DNA from: Candidatus Krumholzibacteriia bacterium
Lineage (GTDB): Bacteria > Krumholzibacteriota > Krumholzibacteriia > Krumholzibacteriales > Krumholzibacteriaceae
Direction: 5' to 3'
DNA: 64,000 nucleotides
Assembly (NCBI GenBank): GCA_963836185.1
Contig: CAWIIQ010000001.1
Location: 1,504,001-1,568,000, forward strand
The notes beneath the pieces were generated by a model. It saw only the letters and a program-made list of their open reading frames with translations. It did not search any database and was not told where the DNA came from. A program made the translations under genes and the position numbers. Positions 1 through 9,006 of the stretch are shown here, one piece after another (position 1 is the first letter of the stretch; every line of letters starts with the position of its first letter).

Positions 1-1
1 G

Positions 2-1291
2 CCTGCCATGTCGCCGTGGAGGACGGTCATGATATCCAGAGACGCGGCAGGGCTGCTCACATCGACAATGATCCTCAATCTCAACGAACCCTCCAGGATA
101 GAGGACACATCGTGGATCAAGCCGGGCAGGTACGTCGGTATCTGGTGGGGAATGCATATCGGGAAGTACACGTGGGGGTCCGGACAGAAACACGGGGCGA
201 CGACCGCGAACACGAAGTTGTACATCGATTTCGCCGCCGAGCACGGGTTCGACGGTGTCCTGGTAGAAGGGTGGAACCTCGGCTGGGACGATAACTGGTT
301 CGCCGATGGCAGTTTCTTCCAGTTCACTATCCCGCATCCGGATTTTAACATGGAAGAGATCACCAGGTACTGCGCTGAAAAGGGCGTTTACCTGATAGGC
401 CACCACGAGACGGGGGCCGATATCGATAACTACGAGAGGCAGCTCGACGCTGCATTCGAATATTACGAGAAGCACGGGGTCAAGGCCGTCAAGACCGGGT
501 ATGTCGGACACAGGACAAACGAGTTCGAGTGGCACCATGGACAGTACATGGTGAACCATTACAGGAAGGTCGTAGAGAAAGCTGCTGAGCATCATGTCAT
601 GGTGATAGTCCACGAGCCGATAAAGGCGACCGGCATACGCCGGACGTGGCCCAATATGATATCTCGAGAGGGTGCAAGGGGGCAGGAATACGACGCCTGG
701 AGCGGGGATGGAGGTAATCCGCCTGACCATACGACGATCATCCCTTTCACAAGGCTGCTGGGAGGGCCGTTCGACTTTACTCCCGGGACATTCGACCTTT
801 ACTTCAGCGAGGCCGGAAGACCGAATAACCGGGTCAATACGACTCTTGCGAAGCAGCTCGCTCTATATGTCGTGATATACAGCCCGATGCAGATGGCCTC
901 GGACCTGCCGGAAAATTACGAAGGACAGCCGGCATTCGAATTCATAAAAACGGTACCGTCGGACTGGGAAGAGACCCTCGCCCTGCATGCCGCTATAGGA
1001 GATTATGTGACTGTCGCAAGAAAGCGGCGCGGGGGAGATGACTGGTTCATAGGAAGCATCACAGATGAAGAAGGCAGAACCCTTGAGGCGCACCTTTCCT
1101 TTCTCGATGATGGAGTCGAGTACGAGGCGACGATATATGCCGACGCCCGGGGCGCGGACTGGGAAGACAGGCCGTACATGATCGACATCCGAAAAGAGAG
1201 GGTCGATTCCTCATCGATCCTGAAGCTCGAACTCGCTCCGGGAGGGGGCCAGGCCGTCAGGATCAGTCCAATTCCCCGCTCGGTAGAATAA
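2..1291 (+). CDS. Glycoside hydrolase family 97 (SusB-like alpha-glucosidase), 5'-truncated by window edge
   Basis: GH97 motifs DTSWIKPG.YVGIWW, YIDFAA, VLVEGWN, VKTGY, HEPIK, REGARGQE, FTRLLGGPFDFTPG, QMASDLPENY. Confidence 0.93.
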   Translation, partial: PAMSPWRTVMISRDAAGLLTSTMILNLNEPSRIEDTSWIKPGRYVGIWWGMHIGKYTWGSGQKHGATTANTKLYIDFAAEHGFDGVLVEGWNLGWDDNWFADGSFFQFTIPHPDFNMEEITRYCAEKGVYLIGHHETGADIDNYERQLDAAFEYYEKHGVKAVKTGYVGHRTNEFEWHHGQYMVNHYRKVVEKAAEHHVMVIVHEPIKATGIRRTWPNMISREGARGQEYDAWSGDGGNPPDHTTIIPFTRLLGGPFDFTPGTFDLYFSEAGRPNNRVNTTLAKQLALYVVIYSPMQMASDLPENYEGQPAFEFIKTVPSDWEETLALHAAIGDYVTVARKRRGGDDWFIGSITDEEGRTLEAHLSFLDDGVEYEATIYADARGADWEDRPYMIDIRKERVDSSSILKLELAPGGGQAVRISPIPRSVE

Positions 1292-3600
1292 ACATCTTCC
1301 CGGAAAGAAAGTCTATTACCCGCAGATCTCCATCCTTGCCGACAGCCGCCCGGGTGAGATCGAAGATGGCGTCGCCGAATTGACCTCTTACATAGAATGA
1401 GACATTGTTCGTATCGTACGATGTGTCGCCGTAAGGATATTTGTGCTTCAGAATCGTGGTGAATCTTTCCACGTTCCGGATCATACGAGAGAAGACGGAA
1501 CTCACCGGGAGAATGGGCAGAGACGATCGCCCTGCCGTTCCATTCAAATATGTTGTCCGGCCTGCCTTCGAAAGGGATCTTATTTCGTTTTCCCTTTTCG
1601 CCGAGTTCCTGGAGTGTGCCGTCGATATGATTGATAAGGAATGTCTCCCCGCCGGCGACACACATACGCAGCGGTCCATCTCCGGCCGGTATCTCATTGA
1701 CTTCAAGGCTGACCTTGTTAATCGCTGAGACCATTCTGGAATCGAAGTTCGATACGTAGATCGTTTTGTCGTCAAAGACGAGGTCGGTAGCTGTAAGGCC
1801 GAGTTTGACCCTGCCGGTCACCTTTTTCCCGATCGGGTCGACTATCTGCAGGAGGCCGGGTTCAGTATCCTTCTCGCCGAGCTTGACTAGATAGAGAAAG
1901 CCAGTGTCTATGTCAAACTCTAGGATGCGCTGGGTGATCTCACGTTCGACCTCATCCTCGAGACGCAGCCGCTGTCCAGGTTCGAAGAGCCTGACCTGGT
2001 CGACCAGTGTCCCTATGAATTGCTCTTCCTTGCCCCAGTTGTTCTGGCTGAAGAAGAGCCCGCCGTCAGGCCCTGGTGTCATGGCAAGCGCCTGCCTCGG
2101 GATCCTCCTGTCATAGAAGGAGTAGTCCTCCGAATCGATCAGAAGTATTCCGTTTTTCGCGTCCCATATATATACGTTCGGCCAGTACGACTGATGAGGG
2201 CCGTAGGAGAGATATATGTCTCCTTCCGGCGAAGGAGAGGCGCATATGGGGTAGTCGAATGGAAGCGGGCTCACCTCGAAAGCACCGTCTTCGTTTGCGA
2301 CAGCGAACTGGTCCTCATTGTTGAAGATGACGAAATCACCCGATGCCGCGTTCTCTACAAGGTCGACAGGGGCCCACCCAGTACGGATCTTGCTCGATTC
2401 GCCCTTGAACGGGTCGAATACGCTGATCGCCGCGCCGAACGTGCCGTTTACCGCCGATGCTCCTTTCGGAAAGTACAGCAGGCCTCTGTGCTGATCATAT
2501 GCCATCGTGAACATATGGGGGATAATGCCGAGGCCAGGATAACGCTTGATGAGTCTGCGTGATCTGAGGTCGATGACATCGATCTCGCCGTGTGCCCAGC
2601 TGGCGATAAACAGCAGATCATCCTCGGTATCGAAGGCGCTGGCATCGTTGCCATAGGCGGGTATCAGTATCTCATGAAGTGCCCCCCCCTCGCTGAAATC
2701 CACGACATGGACCGAGGCGGCATTATCGTACGGTATGTAGACTTCATCCCGGGCTGGATTGTATATGATGCCTACACCTTCGCGGTATCCCGGAAGGGGG
2801 ACGACAAGGTCGTCGGAGCCAGTCACATCGATCATAGCGGCCTCTATAACATCACGGGTGTCTGTCTCTATGACGATGTACAGCCGGTGATCGGTCTCGT
2901 TGTATCCGCCAAGGTGCCATCTGCCCCCGGAAGTGACAGGAAGTGGCCGCGGTCCGTCCGGTTCCCCGGTCGCGGAATCAAAGAGCCATAAAGTAGAGGT
3001 ATACCCGTCGACAGCGACGATCTTGTCGAGAACGGAATCGCATATGACCTTTCGAAGGGGCGGTGGGGGAGTGGCGTTAAGGTTTATCAGCGGTTCGCTC
3101 GTCACGAGCCAGTCCAGCTCGCGCAGTTTCTTCTTTTTTACGTCATAGAAGTATAGATAGGGACTCTCACGGCCGGCGAGAAATACATTGCTGGTAGTCT
3201 CATCGACGGCGATCGATTCTAGCTGCACGTCCGTCTTTACTGTCAGAGCGGATCCATTGTCGGGATCTATGATATAGAAGCAGCCTGTACCGATAAGACA
3301 GACCTGACCGGTGGCCCTGTGGATTATCATCGATTCGGCCTTCAGGTGCTGGCAGGCCCGGCCGTCCAGTGGGATATTGCGGACCCCGCCGTCGGAGCAG
3401 TCGATGACCGTCAGGGAGGAGCTCAGCGTGTTTGCCGCGATGATCCTGCCGCGTTCCGCGTCTGCCATGACCAGTACGGGCCCGGCTGCGTTTATTGAAA
3501 GCCCGGTTCCTTCAAGGAAATCGACGATCGTCACTTCACCGGCGCCTGAGCAGGCCGGCAAAAGGAGAATGGCGAGCAGGACCGTGATTCTGCGGATCAT
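1263..3600 (-). CDS. YncE/YVTN-like beta-propeller lipoprotein (one frameshift near 1465)
   Basis: MIRRITVLLAILLLPAC lipobox; propeller-blade-like repeats (IAANTLSSSLTVID, YVSNFDSRMVSAIN); plausible C-terminus continues in the 1263..1775 ORF frame (FTTILKHKYPYGD...). Confidence 0.7.
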
Positions 3601-3765
3601 GGCGTCGGGACTCCTTCCGTGCGGGTCTTCGTTCGGTGAATAGCCGACATTATACACACAGGGCGCCGTTCGATACATATTGAATATCCCTGGCAAAATG
3701 GCATATTCTTACTGTTCATGACGGCAATACGAAATAAACACACCCGTAAGGAAGGCAGCGAGCCT

Positions 3766-5181
3766 ATGAAGAAGACAGAGGACGGCAGAGGAAAGGGATT
3801 CGAAGAGTTTATCGCGGAATGTCCCGGATACGAGGAAACGAGCAGGATCGATGAGCTCAGGTCGATCGAGTATTCACGGCTCGACAGCCAGGGGCACGTA
3901 TACCTAGATTACACGGGGGGCGGCCTGTACAGCGACCTGCAGATACGTCAGCATATGGAACTCCTGCTGGGAAACGTCCTGGGAAATCCGCATTCCTTCA
4001 ATCCCACTTCGAGCTTTACCACAGATATGGTAGATAGATGCCGGCGAAGGGTCCTCAAGTTCTTCAATGCTCCCACTGATGAGTATGTCGCGATATTTAC
4101 CGCCAACGCGACCCATGCGCTGAAGCTCGTCGGTGAATCGTATCCATTCGACAGGGGGGATATGTTCCTCCTGAGCTTCGACAATCATAACTCGGTCAAT
4201 GGTATAAGGGAATTCGACAGGGCATGTGGAGCGATAACACGCTATATACCGGTCGTACCACCGGACATGCGCCTCTACGACCAGGTACTGGAAAGAAACC
4301 TCTCGGAGGTGGCGGATTCGAAGAACAGGCTCTTTGCCTTTCCCGCACAGTCTAATTTCTCCGGTGTCCATCATCCGCTGGAGTGGATCGACAAGGCGCA
4401 TGAGCATGGATGGGACGTTCTTCTGGACGCGGCGGCTTTCGTCCCCACGAACAGGCTCGACCTTTCGAAGTACAAAGCTGATTTCGTGGCGGTCTCCTTC
4501 TACAAGATATTCGGGTACCCGACGGGAGTGGGCGCGCTGGTGGCGAGACGGGAGGCCCTGGAGAAACTGCACCGGCCCTGGTTTGCAGGCGGAACGATAA
4601 CCGTTGCCTCCGTCCAGGCAGACAAGTATTACCTCGCCGAGGGAGCGGAGGGTTTCGAGGATGGGACCCTGAACTACGCCTGTCTCCCTGCGGTTGAGAC
4701 CGGAATAGATTTCATCGAATCCCTCGGCATGGATACGATCCACGACCGGGTCCAGTGCCTCACCGATTACCTGCTTCAAAAGCTCATGGATCTGAAGCAT
4801 GGAAACGGCCGGCCGATCGTCCGGATATACGGACCTACCGATACGAAGGGAAGAGGGGGAACCGTAGCCCTGAACATATACACAGCGAACAGCACGGTGG
4901 TAGACCACCGTATCGTCGAAGACAGGGCGGCAAAAAGGCACATATCGCTGAGGACCGGTTGTTTCTGCAATCCAGGCGCCGGCGAACTCGCCCTGGGGCT
5001 TTCAAAGGACGAGATGATCCGCTGCCTCCACAATCCCGGATCCAGAATGAGCCTCGAGGAGTTCTGGCAGTGCATCGACGGAAAAAGCACCGGTGCGGTC
5101 AGGTTGTCGCTGGGGATCGTCTCGAACTATAATGACGTCCAGCGCGCCCTCGATTTCATCCTGGAGTTCAGGGAAGACTGA
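3766..5181 (+). CDS. Class V PLP-dependent aminotransferase, molybdenum-cofactor-sulfurase-like cysteine desulfurase domain (no MOSC domain)
   Basis: YLDYTG, GNPHS, DNHNSV, PAQSNFSG, LDAAA, SFYKIFGYPTG (PLP Lys), LRTGCFCNPG (persulfide Cys). Confidence 0.85.
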   Translation: MKKTEDGRGKGFEEFIAECPGYEETSRIDELRSIEYSRLDSQGHVYLDYTGGGLYSDLQIRQHMELLLGNVLGNPHSFNPTSSFTTDMVDRCRRRVLKFFNAPTDEYVAIFTANATHALKLVGESYPFDRGDMFLLSFDNHNSVNGIREFDRACGAITRYIPVVPPDMRLYDQVLERNLSEVADSKNRLFAFPAQSNFSGVHHPLEWIDKAHEHGWDVLLDAAAFVPTNRLDLSKYKADFVAVSFYKIFGYPTGVGALVARREALEKLHRPWFAGGTITVASVQADKYYLAEGAEGFEDGTLNYACLPAVETGIDFIESLGMDTIHDRVQCLTDYLLQKLMDLKHGNGRPIVRIYGPTDTKGRGGTVALNIYTANSTVVDHRIVEDRAAKRHISLRTGCFCNPGAGELALGLSKDEMIRCLHNPGSRMSLEEFWQCIDGKSTGAVRLSLGIVSNYNDVQRALDFILEFRED

Positions 5182-5228
5182 CCCGGAAGCTCGAAGGAAA
5201 AACCTCACAAAAATGGGCAGAAAAATAC

Positions 5229-5279
5229 TTGACCCAAAGTCTGGGTTATAATAATATAAGTATATTCATATGTTCTTAT
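5229..5279 (+). promoter_or_regulatory. sigma70-like promoter with overlapping AT-rich inverted repeat (candidate ArsR operator)
   Basis: TTGACC(5229)-N17-TAATAT(5252); ATAAGTATAT-TCAT-ATGTTCTTAT (5256-5279), 8/10 palindromic. Confidence 0.55.
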
Positions 5280-5299
5280 CTACTTAAGGAAGGTATATC

Positions 5300-5554
5300 A
5301 TGGAAGACAACGAACTGAGGGAACTCCAGGCAGACAAGACTATCGACGCAAGGGGAATGGCATGCCCGGGGCCTCTGCTCGAGGCGAAGAAATCTATGGC
5401 CGATATAGCGGACAACGGCGTCCTTGAAGTGCTTTCCTCCGATGAAGGCACGAATAACGATATTCCCATGTGGTCGAAGAAGATGAATTACGAGGTCCTC
5501 GGGATCCTCGAGGAAGCCGGATTCTGGCGCCTCTTTGTCAAGAAGACCGTCTGA
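5300..5554 (+). CDS. tusA: TusA-family sulfur carrier protein
   Basis: IDARGMACPGP motif, LEVLSSD, 84 aa, SD AGGAAGG. Confidence 0.92.
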   Translation: MEDNELRELQADKTIDARGMACPGPLLEAKKSMADIADNGVLEVLSSDEGTNNDIPMWSKKMNYEVLGILEEAGFWRLFVKKTV

Positions 5555-5567
5555 GGCCGGTGCGAAT

Positions 5568-5873
5568 ATGAGCAAGGACCTTCCAGATCTTGAGAACTGC
5601 AGCAGGGTAGCCACGATATTGAAATCTATGGCTCATCCGCAGCGTCTCTTTATCCTCTGCAGGCTTCACCAGAAGGAGTGCACCGTTACCGAGCTCGAGG
5701 AGCTGACGGACGCCTCGCAGCCGCAGATATCGCAGCATCTCCAGAGGATGAGACACGAGGGGCTCGTCGATTCAAGGCGGGAAGGCAACTTCGTCCAGTA
5801 CAGCGTCAAAGATGATCACGTGAAAGTGCTGCTGGACGCTCTTGAAGAACTATACGGGCTGAGTAACAGGTAA
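5568..5873 (+). CDS. ArsR/SmtB-family transcriptional repressor (BigR/SqrR-like)
   Basis: LKSMAHPQRLFILC, SQPQISQHL, LVDSRREG..VQYS. Confidence 0.9.
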   Translation: MSKDLPDLENCSRVATILKSMAHPQRLFILCRLHQKECTVTELEELTDASQPQISQHLQRMRHEGLVDSRREGNFVQYSVKDDHVKVLLDALEELYGLSNR

Positions 5874-6290
5874 ATGAGCGAGAAGAATCCCAAGATACTC
5901 GTTTTTTCGACGGAGAATGTATCCGATCCCGGTATCGATCTGGCCGGCAGGAACAAGATGCATTACTCGCCGTCGGTCTATGTCATCACCCTTCCATGTT
6001 CGAGCGGGATAAGGCCGTCGTGGATAGTTCACGCTGTCGAGAATGGCTTCGATGGAGTGTTCATCGCGGCGGATGGAAGCGATTGCGCATATATCTCGGA
6101 TTGTACGACGAGGACGGGAAAGATAATAGCGGACGCTCAGGATATGATGAGGGAGCGGGAAATCGATCCTTCCAGGCTCAAGATGGCCGCCATCTGCTCG
6201 GTATGCGCAGAGCCTTTCGAGAAATACATGGACAGTTTCAGCGCGCAGCTCAGGAAGATCGCTGCCGCTTCAACCCCGAGTACGGAGTAG
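5874..6290 (+). CDS. mvhD: MvhD/FlpD-like hydrogenase iron-sulfur subunit
   Basis: PKILVF, LPCSSGI, GFDGVFIA..DCAY, IDPSRLKM, AICSVC; directly upstream of hdrA-like genes. Confidence 0.82.
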   Translation: MSEKNPKILVFSTENVSDPGIDLAGRNKMHYSPSVYVITLPCSSGIRPSWIVHAVENGFDGVFIAADGSDCAYISDCTTRTGKIIADAQDMMREREIDPSRLKMAAICSVCAEPFEKYMDSFSAQLRKIAAASTPSTE

Positions 6291-6296
6291 AACGAA

Positions 6297-9006
6297 TTGG
6301 ATTATGACGCGCTGGTGATCGGTGGCGGAATAGCCGGTATGGAGTCGGGGATTCTTCTCGGCGATATGGGCTATGATGTCCTCATGGTAGAGAAGGAGCC
6401 GAGTATCGGCGGGAAGATGATCCTGCTGAGCAAGGTCTTCCCGACCCTCGACTGCGCCAGCTGCATCTCGACGCCCAAGATGGCAGGCACGGCAAATCAT
6501 CCGAAGATAGATCTCAACATACACACCGAGGTGGACAGGATCGAGAAACTCGAGAATGGAAGGTTCCGGGTGACGGTCAGGAAAAAGCCGACCTACGTCG
6601 ATCTCGACAAGTGCACCGGCTGCCAGGACTGCGAGAAGGTCTGCTCCGTCACCGTCCCGGACCAGTACAACTACGATATGGTCTCGAGAAAGGCGGCCCA
6701 CATCGTCTATCCGCAGGCCGTCCCGAAAAAAGCCGTGATAACGAGGGAAGGGACCTCGCCCTGCACATTCGCCTGTCCGTCTGAGATCAAGGCGAACGGC
6801 TATATCTCGCTCGCCAGGCAGGGGGAATATGAAAAAGCTTTTAATCTTATACTGGAGGACGCTCCTCTCGTTGGGAGTCTGGGCAGAGCATGCTACGCAC
6901 CGTGCCAGAGCGAGTGTACACGCAAGGATATCGGAGATGCGCCCTACATCAAGCTGCTCAAGAGATATATAGCTGACCACTATTACGAGAGAAATCCGGA
7001 ACCGGGGTACGGACCCGTCGAGGAACGCACCGGCCGCAAGGCCGCTGTCATCGGTTCGGGGCCGGCAGGGCTCGCCGCGGCTTATTTCCTCGCGAGGAAG
7101 GGGCACGACGTAGTCATATTCGAGGCTGCCGATCAACCGGGAGGGCTTCTCCGGCTCGGTCTGCCCGCATACAGGCTTCCGAACGAGGTCGTTGACAGGG
7201 ATATAAAGAATATAACGGCACTTGGAGTGGAGATAAGGACCGGCACGAAGATAGATTCGATAGACGATCTTCGCGATGCCGGATTCGAGGCGATCTTTAT
7301 CTCGGTCGGGGCTCACAAGCCGAAAAGACTCGGCGTAGAAGGGGAGGACCTAAAAGGTGTGTCGACGGGGTTCGAGTTGCTCAGGACCATCAACGTCGGG
7401 CACAAGGTGGATCTCAGCGGCGAGAAGGTCCTTGTCGTCGGCGGCGGGAATGTGGCGATAGATGTGGCCAGGACGGCGGCGAGGCTGGGCCCTGCGGAAG
7501 TCCACCTGATGAGCCTGGAGAAACGTCACGAGATGCCCGCGACGGAGGAGGAGATCGAAGAGGCCCTGGCAGAGGGGATCGTGATCCATGACGGAGTCGG
7601 CCCGGTGAGGTTCCGCGAGAGCGAGGGCCGGGTAACAGGCGTGGAGACGGTCCGCTGTGTCAGCGTTTTCGATGAAGACGGCAGGTTCTCGCCGAAGTTC
7701 AACGATAAGGATAAAGGTTTCATCAAGGCTGACAGCGTATTTGTCTCTATCGGCCAGGTATCGGAGACATCCGTTTTCTCTGACTGCGGCATAGAGGTAA
7801 ACAGAAACAATACGATAAAGGCGGAGGCCGGCAGCCTGATGACCTGCATGGAAGGTGTATTCGCCGGCGGCGAGGCAGTCAGCGGGCCCTCGATGATCGT
7901 CGACGCGAGCGCCTATGGCAAGAGGGCCGCATGGCACATGGACCTCTACCTCAGGGGCGAAGCCTACAGCAATGTGGAATATCCGGGCAGCCTGCCCGTA
8001 GTGGACAAGGAAAAGGTGATCGCACGCCAGGAAGAGTATCCCGGAGACTCGGTCAGGCCAGGGGAACTGCCTGCCGCTTCGAGGCTGGAAAGCTTTGACG
8101 AGGTCCAGCTTCCCCTGAGTGACGAAGAAGCATCCGCCTCGGCAGCGAACTGCCTCAACTGCGGTATCTGCAGCGAATGTCACGAGTGCGTCAATATATG
8201 CCCTGCAGACGCGGTCGACCTCTATATGAAGGAAGAGATAAAGGAATACGAGGTAGGCTCGGTCGTAGTCTCCACCGGCTTCAGGATGTTTCCCGGCGAG
8301 ATACATGAGCGTTACGGGTACGGCATCGCTCCGAACGTGATAACGGCCACGCAGATGGACAGGCTCGTCGCACCGACGAGGCCATACGACAATGTGCTGA
8401 GGCCTTCCGACGGTAAGGTCCCCGACAATATAGCCTACATACTCTGCGTCGGATCGAGGGATCAGTCTCTCGGCAACCCGATCTGTTCGAGGGTGTGCTG
8501 CATGTATTCGATAAAGCAGGCACAGCTTATCCTCGGGGCGCTCCCGATCGCCGACGTGACGATCTACTTTATCGACATAAGGGCTTTCGGCAAGGGATAC
8601 GACGAGTTCTTCGAGCAGACAAAAGCGATGGGAGTCAGGTTCGTGAAGGGCAAAGTCGCCCAGATAGACGAGAAGGAAAACGGCAATCTGATATTGAGGT
8701 ACGAGGATATAGACTCGGGAGGGGCAATAAAAACAGCGGAGCACGATCTGGTCGTTCTGTCGACAGGGATCATTCCCAACCCCGATTTTACCAGTCTCTT
8801 CGAGGGAGCGGGACTGGGAACTGACGAGATGCGTTACATCGAGTGAACCTGAAGAATACAGGAACCCGGGAAAGACATCGATAGAGGGTGTCTTTGCGGC
8901 GGGCGCGGCGACTGGCCCGATGGATATACCGGATACGATCCTGCACTCAGGGGCAGCGGCTGCACAGGCCGCTTCATATATCGAAAAGATGAAAGGCCGG
9001 AGATGA
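6297..9006 (+). CDS. Large HdrA-like flavoprotein with inserted GltD/NfnB-like NAD(P)H-binding module (HdrL type); frameshift near 8843
   Basis: GGGIAG, KVFPTLDCASC, CTGCQDCEKVC, SPCTFACP/GRACYAPCQSEC, GSGPAG, GGGNVAID, CLNCGICSECHECVNICP, CVGSRD..CSRVCCMY; shifted frame gives TSIEGVFAAGAATGPMDIPD...GRR* with ATGA overlap at 9003-9006. Confidence 0.87.

Noticed and set aside
8844-8852. In-frame TGA in the HdrA-like gene as selenocysteine
   Set aside because: Read-through gives a second TGA and nonsense sequence; the HdrA C-terminus continues in a shifted frame.
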